From Bacteroidota bacterium (GTDB lineage Bacteria > Bacteroidota > Bacteroidia > Bacteroidales > VadinHA17): 64,000 bases of DNA. How positions within the stretch are numbered: position 1 is the first letter of the stretch; every line of letters begins with the position of its first letter. The notes under the pieces were generated by a model. It had not been told where the DNA came from. It worked only from the letters and a program-made list of their open reading frames with translations, and made no database searches. Location: positions 7,648 to 71,647 of the forward strand of contig JADFDS010000006.1 of the NCBI GenBank assembly GCA_018262715.1, read 5' to 3'. Both the position numbers and the translations under genes were made by a program. Positions 40,345 to 49,792 of this stretch are shown here, piece after piece.

Positions 40345-40851
40345 CTAACCATTGTAATCTTTAAGAACACTCATGAGTTTCTGTCGTGCGAAGAAAATCC
40401 GGCTTTTGACCGTGCCGAGCTTCAGGTTGAGATTCTCAGCTATCTCCTCGTATTTGAAACCGTCAACATGCATGCGGAAGGGGAGACGGTAATCCTCATG
40501 AAGCTCTTCAATAGCCTTCTCAATCTCATTACCTGCATATGACGACTCGGGAGAAATGCTTCCCTTGTCGGAGGGCAGATTGAGGTAGTAAAGCTCCTGC
40601 GTGCCGTCCATCATCGTGTTTTCCCTCATCTTGCGGCGGTAATTGTTGATGAAGGTGTTTTTCATTATTGTGAAGACCCAGGCTTTGAGGTTCGTGGCAT
40701 CCACGAATTTATCCTGGTTCTGTATTGCCTTGAGAAAAGTATCCTGAACGAGATCAAGGGCATTATCACGGTCGAGGGTCAGACTGAGGGCGTACTTCTG
40801 AAGATTGCCCTTCAGATCTATTATGCTTGATGTGAATTCCTGTGCAGTCAT
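40345..40851 (-). CDS. ECF (sigma-70 family) RNA polymerase sigma factor
   Basis: DLVQDTFLKA, NLKAWVFTIMKNTFIN, YEEIAE.L...LGTVKSRIF.AR; start MTAQEF at 40851. Confidence 0.93.
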   Translation of the reverse strand: MTAQEFTSSIIDLKGNLQKYALSLTLDRDNALDLVQDTFLKAIQNQDKFVDATNLKAWVFTIMKNTFINNYRRKMRENTMMDGTQELYYLNLPSDKGSISPESSYAGNEIEKAIEELHEDYRLPFRMHVDGFKYEEIAENLNLKLGTVKSRIFFARQKLMSVLKDYNG

Positions 40852-41210
40852 CTCTCTGATTTTTTTGTTTGTTGACACAAAGTTAAACACTGAAAATCGG
40901 ATATCCAAATCTGAATATCTTAAATTATAGTTAAAGCAGCTTGTGGTCACCTGTTTTCTAAACTCCAATTCAAACAAAATCAGGAATATAAATGTGTGAT
41001 GTCTAAATTAAGATAATAAGGTATTTTTTTAATTTCAACCTGTCCGGGACAGGGCGAGAGGAGTGGGGGCAAGTGGTTAATATGGCATAAAAAGCACATT
41101 AACAGCACGATACGTATTGAAATGAATATGATGACTTTGTTCAATCATCCTCTGCGCGTGAGCCCCTTCCGCTCTTTCCCGGTTTTGATTATCTTTACAA
41201 AAAAGTGGCT

Positions 41211-42023
41211 ATGGAATTGAGAAATTTACCCTCTGGAAAGACTGCTTTTTACCGGTTTGAGGCTGCAGGAGAGCCCCGGTCGGTCATTCTGCTTATCCAT
41301 GGATTGGGAGAGCATACAGGCAGGTATAAGGCATGGGTTGAGCGGTTCAATGAGAGGGGGGTGACTCTTCTGGCGTTTGACCTGCCGGGCCACGGGCATA
41401 CACCCGGCCGGTGGGGTGTGATACCATCGCCTGAGAAGGTTTATGATACGATTGACAGTATACTCAGTGAGGCTGCCCTGAACTTCCCGGGCGTGCCGCT
41501 TTTCATTTATGGCCACAGCCTTGGAGGGGGCATAGTGCTCAACTATCTCATCCGCAGAAAGCCGTCAGTGACCGGTGCAATTGTAACATCACCCTGGGTT
41601 ATCCTTGCTGAAACGTTGCCGCCGCTGAAGGTTTTTCTTGCGAAGGCAGCCGGTACACTGATGCCGGGCATGACCCAGTCATCAGGGCTGAAGACTGAAT
41701 ACCTCTCGCGTGATCCGGAGGTTGTAAAGGCTTACCGTAGTGATCCGCTGGTGCACGGTCAGATCTCTGCCGGGCTTTATCTATGGATGTCATCAGCCGC
41801 TGAAGAGACACTTGCCCGTGCGCAGGAGATCACCGTCCCGCTGCTGCTGGCACACGGACGCAATGACCTGATCACCTCACCGTCAGGGTCAGTACAGGTG
41901 GCAGGCTCGGCTCCCCGGGCTACCCTGAAGCTGTGGGACGAAGGCTACCATGAGCTGCACAATGATCCGCTGAAGCAGGAGCACTTCGATTTCATCACGG
42001 AGTGGATGGATACATTAATCTAA
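41211..42023 (+). CDS. Lysophospholipase-like alpha/beta hydrolase
   Basis: HGLGEH..RY, DLPGHG, GHSLGG, YHELHN. Confidence 0.9.
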   Translation: MELRNLPSGKTAFYRFEAAGEPRSVILLIHGLGEHTGRYKAWVERFNERGVTLLAFDLPGHGHTPGRWGVIPSPEKVYDTIDSILSEAALNFPGVPLFIYGHSLGGGIVLNYLIRRKPSVTGAIVTSPWVILAETLPPLKVFLAKAAGTLMPGMTQSSGLKTEYLSRDPEVVKAYRSDPLVHGQISAGLYLWMSSAAEETLARAQEITVPLLLAHGRNDLITSPSGSVQVAGSAPRATLKLWDEGYHELHNDPLKQEHFDFITEWMDTLI

Positions 42024-42036
42024 TTCTTTTCCGGTT

Positions 42037-43014
42037 ATGGACCTTATTACCGGCGTGCAGATGCCTGCCGCAGCTTCAGAGATCAGTTATGACACTCCGG
42101 TGATGTTCCTTGGCTCATGCTTTGCCAACGAGATTGGCTACCGGATGGCAGCCGGCAAGCTTCCGGTGATGACCAATCCCCACGGCACTCTCTTCAATCC
42201 TTTTTCAGTGGCCGGAGCTGTTGACAGGTTCATCGCCGGGCACACTTACACCGACAAGGACATTTACCTTCACAAGAACAGGTACATGAGCCTTGATCAT
42301 CACACCGCGTTCTCATCATATGAGCGTGATGTACTGATTGAAAGGCTGAACGAGGTGAGCCTCTCTGCTTCTGCATTCACAAGGAAGGCTTCGTTCCTTT
42401 TTGTCACATTTGGCACATCCTATATATATACACTCAGGGAAAGCGGAGCCATTGTAGCCAACTGCCACAAGCTCCCTTCCTCGCTGTTCATCCGCAGGCA
42501 GGCCTCATGGTCCGAAATTGCCACCCGCTGGAAGGAAACACTCGACCGCCTGGCTGAGGCCAGTCCCTCACTGAAGGTATGGTTCACCGTCAGTCCTGTC
42601 CGCCACCTGAGCGACGGCGCTCATTCCAACCAGCTGAGCAAGGCTCAGCTTCTGCTGGCAACAGAGGAACTGCTCTCTCATCCTTCCGTTGAAGGTTACT
42701 TCCCGGCCTACGAGATATTCATGGATGAACTCCGCGATTACCGTTATTATACCTCAGACATGGTTCATCCCTCCGAGACGGGGATCGACTACATATGGGA
42801 AAAATTCAGCAGTATATTTATCTCAGCCCATACCATGAGACTCTGGAGCGAGGCGGCCAGGATCACGCGGGCCATGGCACACCGGATCTCGGGCGGAAAG
42901 CGTGAAACTGCTCCCTTCGCCAACGCCATGCTTGAAAAAATCAATGACCTTAAAAACCGGGCCCCGTTTCTCAGCCTTGACCGGGAGGAAGATTACTTCA
43001 AAAAACTTTTGTAG
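42037..43014 (+). CDS. GSCFA domain protein
   Basis: LGSCFA, VANCHK, TVSPVRH, YFPAYEI..DELRDYRYY..D..HP. Confidence 0.92.
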   Translation: MDLITGVQMPAAASEISYDTPVMFLGSCFANEIGYRMAAGKLPVMTNPHGTLFNPFSVAGAVDRFIAGHTYTDKDIYLHKNRYMSLDHHTAFSSYERDVLIERLNEVSLSASAFTRKASFLFVTFGTSYIYTLRESGAIVANCHKLPSSLFIRRQASWSEIATRWKETLDRLAEASPSLKVWFTVSPVRHLSDGAHSNQLSKAQLLLATEELLSHPSVEGYFPAYEIFMDELRDYRYYTSDMVHPSETGIDYIWEKFSSIFISAHTMRLWSEAARITRAMAHRISGGKRETAPFANAMLEKINDLKNRAPFLSLDREEDYFKKLL

Positions 43015-43083
43015 ATAAAAAATCATAAATAATTAAACAAAATCACTATCCGGTTGTTTTTGTTTCATGAAATCTTAACAGAG

Positions 43084-45474
43084 ATGAAACGTCATACCTT
43101 ATTATTTGTGTTTATGGCCCTGGTTTATTCAGGGATTTACGGCCAGGCAGGCGGAGGCTCGATCCGCGGCCAGGTGGTTGATGCTGCCACGAATGAACCG
43201 GTACCTTTTGCCAGCGTCGTTATCTGGAACACCACAACGGGTGCAATGACGGATTTCGACGGCAACTTCACATTCACCGGGGTGAAGCCCGGTTTTGTGG
43301 AACTGAGGATCTCTTCCGTTGGATACAAACCTTATGTTACAGACGGCGTTATGGTAACCAACAACAACGAAGTAAACCTGGTTATCAAGCTTGAATCCAC
43401 GATCGTTGAGGTGGGTGAGATCATTGTCAAGCCCTCACCATTCCGAAAATCGGTCGAGAGCCCCATCTCGGCAAGGATCATAGGGATTCAGGAGATAGAG
43501 CTCAATCCGGGAGGCAACCGTGACATTTCACGTGTAATCCAGTCATTCCCCGGCGTAGCCTCCACACCTGCATTCAGGAATGACGTGATTGTCAGGGGAG
43601 GCGGGCCCAATGAGAACAGGTTTTTCATTGACAACGTCGAGATACCCTATCTTAATCATTTTTCCACCCAGGGCTCTTCCGGTGGGCCCACAGGCATTAT
43701 CAACGTTGATTTTGTCAGGTCGGTTGATTTCCTTTCCGGGGCATTCCCGGCTTCGCGCGGTAACGCACTGAGTTCAGTGATGGACTTCACGATGATTGAA
43801 GGCAACCGCGAAAAGAGATCACTGAGGGCAACAGTCGGTGCATCTGACCTGGGTCTCACCTTCAACGGCCCGGTTGGCGAAAACAGCTCGCTGATAGTTT
43901 CAGCCCGGAGATCATACCTGCAGTTCCTGTTCGGCGCTATCGGGCTGCCTTTCCTGCCCACCTATACCGATTTTCAGTTCAAATACAAGGTGAAGTTCGA
44001 CCAGAAGAATGAACTGACAGTGCTTGGCATCGGGGCAAAGGACGACTTCAGTCTTAACCTTGAAGCCAATGAGACTGAATACCAGCGCTACATTCTGGGT
44101 TACATTCCCACCCAGGAACAGTACAGCTATACCGTTGGCGCCGTTTACAGGCATTTCCGTTCAAACGGCTCCGATATGCTGGTGCTGAGCCGAAACTATC
44201 TGAACAACACTCAATACAAATATTTAAACAATGATGATTCCAATCCTGCCAATAAAACCTATGACTACCAGAGTGGGGAAGGCGATATCCGGCTGAGGTA
44301 TGAGCGTACGGTGATCTGGCCGGGCTCATTGAGGCTGAGTTACGGGGCCGGCACCGAGATGTCAAGGTACCGCAACGACACCTACAGGCAGTTTTTTGCC
44401 GGCGACGGGCTGCAGACGGAGCTTTACAACTCCAACCTGGTTTTCTTCAAGTACGCCGCTTTCGGGCAGCTGAGCCGTTCGTTCATTGATGAGAGACTGA
44501 AGCTGTCGCTGGGCCTGCGTACAGACGCCAACACATTTTCATCACTGATGGCCAATCCCCTGACCCAGGTTTCACCGCGCCTGTCGGCGACATATGCCCT
44601 TACAGGCGAGCTGAACCTCAATTTCAATGTGGGCCGCTATTACCAGCTGCCGTCATATACTTCACTCGGTCTGCTCGATAATGACGGCAACATCGTCAAC
44701 AAAGACCTGAAATATATTGCCGCTGATCATATTGTGGGCGGTGTTGAACTGGTACCGGATGAGAGGCTGCAGTTCACACTTGAGGGTTTCTATAAGAATT
44801 ATTCAAGGTATCCGTTCTCTGTGTCCGACCAGGTTCCGCTGTCAACCAAGAGCGCCGGTTACGGCGTCTTCGGCAATGAGCCTCTTACTTCAACAGCCGT
44901 GGGCAGGGCATACGGTCTTGAGCTGATGGGACGGGCGAGGGATCTTGAGGGACTCAATATGGTCTTTTCATACACCTTCGTTCGCAGCGAGTTTGAAGGA
45001 ACTGACGGGCAGTACATACCAACTGCCTGGGACAACCGGCATCTTATAAGCGTGACTGCCACGAAGAGCATCGGCAAGAGCTGGAACGCCGGTTTCAGGT
45101 GGCGGTATGTTGGAGGGGCACCCTTTACACCCTTCGACACTGACAAGTCCTCATACATTGACGCCTGGAAAGTGTCAGGTCAGGGCTATCTTGATTACAG
45201 CCGTTTCAACACCGAACGGCTGAAGGGATTTCACCAGCTCGACCTGCGCATAGACAAGCAGTTTTATTTCGACAGGTGGTCGCTGATGCTGTATGTAGAT
45301 GTGCAGAATGTTTACAACTTCAAGGCTGACCAGCCTGACATACTCGTTCTGCAGACCGATCCGGCAGGATCACCGATTGTCAATCCCGTTGACCCGGAGC
45401 GCTACCTGCTGAAATATATTGACTCTGAGGCAGGAACAGTACTTCCCACTATCGGGATTATTATTGAAATCTAA
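43084..45474 (+). CDS. TonB-dependent receptor
   Basis: Signal peptide, CarboxypepD_reg-like N-terminus, plug VRGG...EN...IDN, LDLRIDK, C-terminal beta strand. Confidence 0.9.
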   Translation: MKRHTLLFVFMALVYSGIYGQAGGGSIRGQVVDAATNEPVPFASVVIWNTTTGAMTDFDGNFTFTGVKPGFVELRISSVGYKPYVTDGVMVTNNNEVNLVIKLESTIVEVGEIIVKPSPFRKSVESPISARIIGIQEIELNPGGNRDISRVIQSFPGVASTPAFRNDVIVRGGGPNENRFFIDNVEIPYLNHFSTQGSSGGPTGIINVDFVRSVDFLSGAFPASRGNALSSVMDFTMIEGNREKRSLRATVGASDLGLTFNGPVGENSSLIVSARRSYLQFLFGAIGLPFLPTYTDFQFKYKVKFDQKNELTVLGIGAKDDFSLNLEANETEYQRYILGYIPTQEQYSYTVGAVYRHFRSNGSDMLVLSRNYLNNTQYKYLNNDDSNPANKTYDYQSGEGDIRLRYERTVIWPGSLRLSYGAGTEMSRYRNDTYRQFFAGDGLQTELYNSNLVFFKYAAFGQLSRSFIDERLKLSLGLRTDANTFSSLMANPLTQVSPRLSATYALTGELNLNFNVGRYYQLPSYTSLGLLDNDGNIVNKDLKYIAADHIVGGVELVPDERLQFTLEGFYKNYSRYPFSVSDQVPLSTKSAGYGVFGNEPLTSTAVGRAYGLELMGRARDLEGLNMVFSYTFVRSEFEGTDGQYIPTAWDNRHLISVTATKSIGKSWNAGFRWRYVGGAPFTPFDTDKSSYIDAWKVSGQGYLDYSRFNTERLKGFHQLDLRIDKQFYFDRWSLMLYVDVQNVYNFKADQPDILVLQTDPAGSPIVNPVDPERYLLKYIDSEAGTVLPTIGIIIEI

Positions 45475-45487
45475 AAAACTGGAAGAG

Positions 45488-46231
45488 ATGAAATACTTTA
45501 TAATTCTATTTGCAGCACTATTAGCATCATGTTCATCAAAGCCTTCTGCCACCAACCTGTTACAGAGGCAGACGATGACTGATGTCGTTACCAACACCTC
45601 AGGCCGGGGCGAGGAGATTGAAGTAACGTTTTACGGCGGCCCCTCGCTTTATTACCCGCTCATGGCTGTCTGGATTGAAGACGAAAATGGCAGCTACATC
45701 CAGACTCTGTTTGTCCCGAAGGCTATCGCCACAGGTGTTTTCAAGTACGGATCCAATGCCAGTGGCAAATGGGTTGAGGCGGCAAAGCGTGCACCACAGA
45801 CGCTTCCCTACTGGTCGCACAAGCGTGGTATAAGGTCAGCTGACGGGCTCTTCATGCCCGATCAGTCCAGCCCGGTGGCTGATGCATACAGTGGTGCGAC
45901 GCCCACCACCAGTTTCGTGCTGAAAACCCGGGCAGACAATCCTCTGCCGGCCCGCTTCAGGGTTATGTTCGAGGTAAATCAGAACTGGGACTGGAATGAG
46001 TACTGGACAAATGACAGGTTTCCCGGAGATAAGAACTACCTTTTTAACGCCCAGCCTGCCGTGGTCTATGAGGGTACTGTTGATATGTCACTGCTGAAGG
46101 ACAGGTATCTTCTCAGGCCGGTCGGCCACAGTCATCCCACAGGTGCTACGGGTGAGCTCTTCAGTGACCTTGGCACGATAACAACCGCGCTTCAGATTGC
46201 TGACTCGGTTGTTGTAAGAATAAAGAAGTAA
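45488..46231 (+). CDS. Lipoprotein, DUF2271-like
   Basis: Lipobox LASC; AVWIEDENG.YIQTL and DAYSGATP motifs. Confidence 0.65.
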   Translation: MKYFIILFAALLASCSSKPSATNLLQRQTMTDVVTNTSGRGEEIEVTFYGGPSLYYPLMAVWIEDENGSYIQTLFVPKAIATGVFKYGSNASGKWVEAAKRAPQTLPYWSHKRGIRSADGLFMPDQSSPVADAYSGATPTTSFVLKTRADNPLPARFRVMFEVNQNWDWNEYWTNDRFPGDKNYLFNAQPAVVYEGTVDMSLLKDRYLLRPVGHSHPTGATGELFSDLGTITTALQIADSVVVRIKK

Positions 46232-46246
46232 GAAATAAAATCAGAA

Positions 46247-47137
46247 TCAGAGGCTGTTTGCCCACTCTGCCAGTCCGGCAGGAGAGCAGACAGCTTTCGT
46301 TTTGCCGTTGCTCCATGTTCCGCTGTTGTCATACCTTCCCAGGACGAGAACCTTTTTCAGATCGAGTTCCCGGGCTGTGGCATCGCAGAAGCCCCGGACC
46401 TCATCGTCAGGTTCTGATGCCGGTATGTTCAGTGCCAGAACGGTAAAGGGTCTTACTGTATGAATTCCTTTTATGTCTTCCACTGAAAGAGTCCCTTCGG
46501 TGTATACCACGTTGAAACCCCTCTGTCTCAGAAGGTATTTAAGAAAGACCAGGTTGTTTTCGCTTTCAGTGTCGCCAAGGTTGATTATTGCTGCGTTCTG
46601 GCCGTTTGTGTGTGCTTCGTGTGACATATCGCCGGCAATGAGGATGGTCCTGATAACATGCCTTATGAATTGTTCCTGTGGTTTTGAGATACAATCAGTG
46701 AGCCAAAGCGCCCTTGCCTTCTGCATCAGCGGATGGAACACCTGGAGGTATGCCTGTGCCAGTCCCTTTTCGACCACGAACTGGTTCAGTTTTTCCCTGA
46801 ATTCCTCTTCGCTGAAACGGAGGGCAGACATAATCAGTTCCCCGGGTTTGAATGTGCCGTCGCTGCTCTCATCGCCGGTTCCGGACTTGAGTACCTCCTT
46901 CACCAGCTCACTGTCATTCAGCCGCGCGATCTTTGATATTTTCATCCCGTTGCGGTTCAGGATGGAAACGGTAATGAGCTTCTTAAGCTCATCTTCGGTA
47001 TAATGCCGTATATTGGAATCACTCCTCTCTGGTGTAAGGATCCCGTACCTCTTCTCCCACATTCTGATGGTATGTGCCTTTATACCACAGAAATTCTCCA
47101 GATCCTTGATGGAGTATGTTCTGCTTCCTGCATTCAT
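46247..47137 (-). CDS. MerR family (CarH/LitR-like) transcriptional regulator
   Basis: YSIKDLE...GIKAHTIR.WEKRY...P.R...NIR.Y MerR HTH; degenerate B12-binding-type C-terminal region. Confidence 0.85.
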   Translation of the reverse strand: MNAGSRTYSIKDLENFCGIKAHTIRMWEKRYGILTPERSDSNIRHYTEDELKKLITVSILNRNGMKISKIARLNDSELVKEVLKSGTGDESSDGTFKPGELIMSALRFSEEEFREKLNQFVVEKGLAQAYLQVFHPLMQKARALWLTDCISKPQEQFIRHVIRTILIAGDMSHEAHTNGQNAAIINLGDTESENNLVFLKYLLRQRGFNVVYTEGTLSVEDIKGIHTVRPFTVLALNIPASEPDDEVRGFCDATARELDLKKVLVLGRYDNSGTWSNGKTKAVCSPAGLAEWANSL

Positions 47138-47188
47138 CTCTCTCAATGTTACTTACTCAGTATTATAACAAAGAGAGAGAGTAAAAGT

Positions 47189-47959
47189 TTAGAGTAATTT
47201 TTCCTGCAGCATCTTTGCCGCCCTGTCAAGGTCTTCGGGGGTGTCAATGCCGATGCTCTCCCAGGGGGTGACGGCGCAGCGGATGGAATAGCCGTTTTCT
47301 ATCCATCTCATCTGTTCAAGGCTCTCGGCCTTTTCGAGCGGCGACTGGGGAAGGAGTGTCAGTTCCCTGAGGGTTGAGGCGCGGTAGCCGTAGAGACCGA
47401 TGTGCTTGTAATAGGTGTGCTTCCGGCTCCATTCTGCTGCAGGTGAATCACGGAAGAAGGGGATGACTGACCGGCTGAAGCATATGGCGTCCATGTTCTT
47501 CCTGACAATGACCTTGGGATGGTTGGGATTGAAAAGATCTTCATCCGGTTCAGCCCTGCGGATAAGGGTGGCTATCATCACCTCATTACCGGTGAAGCAA
47601 TCCATCAGAGCCCTGATCTGTTCCGGCCTGATAAATGGTTCATCACCCTGGATGTTGATAATGACTGTGTCTTCGCTTCCGTCGGTGACCACAGCTGCTG
47701 CCTCAGCACAGCGGTCGGTTCCGCTCCGGTGTTCCGATGAGGTCATTACTACCTTCCCGCCGAAGGCGGTTACCGCTTCGCGGATGCGCTCATCGTCAGT
47801 GGCCACCCAGGTCTCCTCCAGCACCAGTGAAGCCTGCCGGTAAACTCTCTCAATCATTGTCATCCCGCCGATGACGGCAAGAGGTTTTCCGGGGAAGCGC
47901 GACGAGGCATATCGTGCGGGTATAATCCCCGTAAACCGCGGTGAATGGCTCTCTTTCAT
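47189..47959 (-). CDS. kdsB: 3-deoxy-manno-octulosonate cytidylyltransferase
   Basis: IPARYASSRFPGKPL, SGTDR, NIQGDEP, ESLEQMR. Confidence 0.97.
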   Translation of the reverse strand: MKESHSPRFTGIIPARYASSRFPGKPLAVIGGMTMIERVYRQASLVLEETWVATDDERIREAVTAFGGKVVMTSSEHRSGTDRCAEAAAVVTDGSEDTVIINIQGDEPFIRPEQIRALMDCFTGNEVMIATLIRRAEPDEDLFNPNHPKVIVRKNMDAICFSRSVIPFFRDSPAAEWSRKHTYYKHIGLYGYRASTLRELTLLPQSPLEKAESLEQMRWIENGYSIRCAVTPWESIGIDTPEDLDRAAKMLQEKLL

Positions 47960-48031
47960 GGTTCCAAATTACTAAAAAACAGCTTTAACATAATGCAAAA
48001 AAGTCGTAAATTCGCAGTTCATTGGATTTTG

Positions 48032-49276
48032 ATGAAGGAATTACAGAGCGTAAAACAGAGGTTTGGAATAATTGGCAATCATGAGGGACTGAACAGGGCA
48101 ATTGACATAGCCGTTCAGGTGGCCCCCACAGATCTCTCTGTACTTATAACAGGTGAAAGCGGAACCGGGAAGGAGGTCTTTCCGCAGGTGATACACTCAT
48201 TCAGCATGCGCAAGCACGGTCCGTACATTGCGGTGAACTGTGGCGCCATACCGGAGGGAACGATTGATTCGGAACTCTTCGGCCACGAGAAGGGCGCTTT
48301 CACCGGGGCAACTGACAGTCGCAAGGGCTACTTCGAGGTCGCAAACGGAGGATCAATATTTCTTGACGAGGTGGCTGAACTGCCCCTCTCGACGCAGGTC
48401 AGGCTGCTCAGGGTGCTGGAGACAGGTGAATTCATAAGGGTTGGTTCATCAAAGGTTCAGAAGACCGATGTCAGGGTCATAACCGCCACCAATGTTGATA
48501 TTGTCCAGGCAGTAGGCTCGGGAAGGTTCCGGGAAGATCTTTTTTACAGGCTGAATACGGTGCCGGTACGGGTGCCGCCCCTTCGCGAAAGAGGTGAAGA
48601 CATCATTTTACTGTTCAGGAAGTTTGCTGTTGATTTCGCGGAACGCTACCGGATGCCGGCCATCAGGCTCGATCACCAGGCGAGGGAGATGCTGATGAAC
48701 TACTACTGGCCGGGCAACGTAAGGCAGCTGAAAAATATCACTGAACAGATATCTGTCATTGAGCAGGAGCGTGATGTGACTGCCGCCATACTTGCGCATT
48801 ATCTTCCGGATATTCAGACCGGACGGTTTCCCGTACCTGTGAGGGCGCATGCCGATGACAAGAGCTTCAGCAGCGAGAGGGAGATTCTTTATAAGGTGCT
48901 GTTCGACATGAAGAGCGACATGCATGATCTGAAGAATCTTGTATATGACCTGCTGACAACAGGTGATGCTGACAACCTGACAGAAAGCGGGGCGAGGGCT
49001 GTGCGCAACCTGTATAACCAGGGTTCGCTTGCCGGGGATCAGTATGAGCCGGCACCACCTGTGAAGGTCAGCTACAGCCCGCCGAAGGAGAGCAGGGTGA
49101 TTGAGGACACCGAGGAGGTGATAGAGGAGTCTCTCTCACTGAGTGACCGTGAAAAGGAACTCATAAAGAAGGCGCTTGACAAAAACAACGGCAAGAGAAA
49201 GCTGGCGGCGGCTGAGCTGGGGATCTCCGAAAGGACTCTCTACAGGAAAATAAAGGAGTACAGGCTTGATGCATAG
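48032..49276 (+). CDS. Sigma54-dependent enhancer-binding protein without an N-terminal sensor domain
   Basis: GESGTGKE, GAFTGA, FLDEV, WPGNVRQL, C-terminal Fis-type HTH; start MKELQS at 48032. Confidence 0.93.
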   Translation: MKELQSVKQRFGIIGNHEGLNRAIDIAVQVAPTDLSVLITGESGTGKEVFPQVIHSFSMRKHGPYIAVNCGAIPEGTIDSELFGHEKGAFTGATDSRKGYFEVANGGSIFLDEVAELPLSTQVRLLRVLETGEFIRVGSSKVQKTDVRVITATNVDIVQAVGSGRFREDLFYRLNTVPVRVPPLRERGEDIILLFRKFAVDFAERYRMPAIRLDHQAREMLMNYYWPGNVRQLKNITEQISVIEQERDVTAAILAHYLPDIQTGRFPVPVRAHADDKSFSSEREILYKVLFDMKSDMHDLKNLVYDLLTTGDADNLTESGARAVRNLYNQGSLAGDQYEPAPPVKVSYSPPKESRVIEDTEEVIEESLSLSDREKELIKKALDKNNGKRKLAAAELGISERTLYRKIKEYRLDA

Positions 49277-49784
49277 GATAGTAAAGATAATGGTGCCGCT
49301 GGTTCTGCTGGCGATGACTGCCGGCTGCGGAGTGAAAATCCAATACAAATTCACCGGCGCTTCCATACCGGTGGAGGCAAATACCATTAGTGTCGCAACC
49401 TTTCAGAACAGGGCAAGCCTGGTAGTACCCGGACTGACACAGACCGTTACCGATGCTCTTATCGATATGTGCAGGGCGCAGACCAATCTTGACATGGTAT
49501 CATCGGGGGGCGACCTGAGTTTCGAGGGAGAGATCACTGACTACAAGACTCAGCCGCTCACTGTCAGCGGCAATGAGCAGGCTGCCATGAACAGGTTCTC
49601 AATCTCCGTGCGGGTCAGGTATGTGAACGCGTTCAATGATGACAACAGCTTTGATCAGACCTTCACCCGTTACCAGGATTACAGCAGCGCGCTTGATCTG
49701 AGTGCTGTTGAAGCCAGCCTGACAGAGGAGATCGTGAAGATGCTTATTGATGATATATTTAACAGGGCGTTTGTCAACTGGTAG
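49266..49784 (+). CDS. LptE family lipoprotein
   Basis: Lipobox TAGC, Y.FTGASI, C-terminal IFNRAFVNW; conserved position before secG. Confidence 0.75.
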   Translation: MMHRIVKIMVPLVLLAMTAGCGVKIQYKFTGASIPVEANTISVATFQNRASLVVPGLTQTVTDALIDMCRAQTNLDMVSSGGDLSFEGEITDYKTQPLTVSGNEQAAMNRFSISVRVRYVNAFNDDNSFDQTFTRYQDYSSALDLSAVEASLTEEIVKMLIDDIFNRAFVNW

Positions 49785-49792
49785 TTCTGCTC

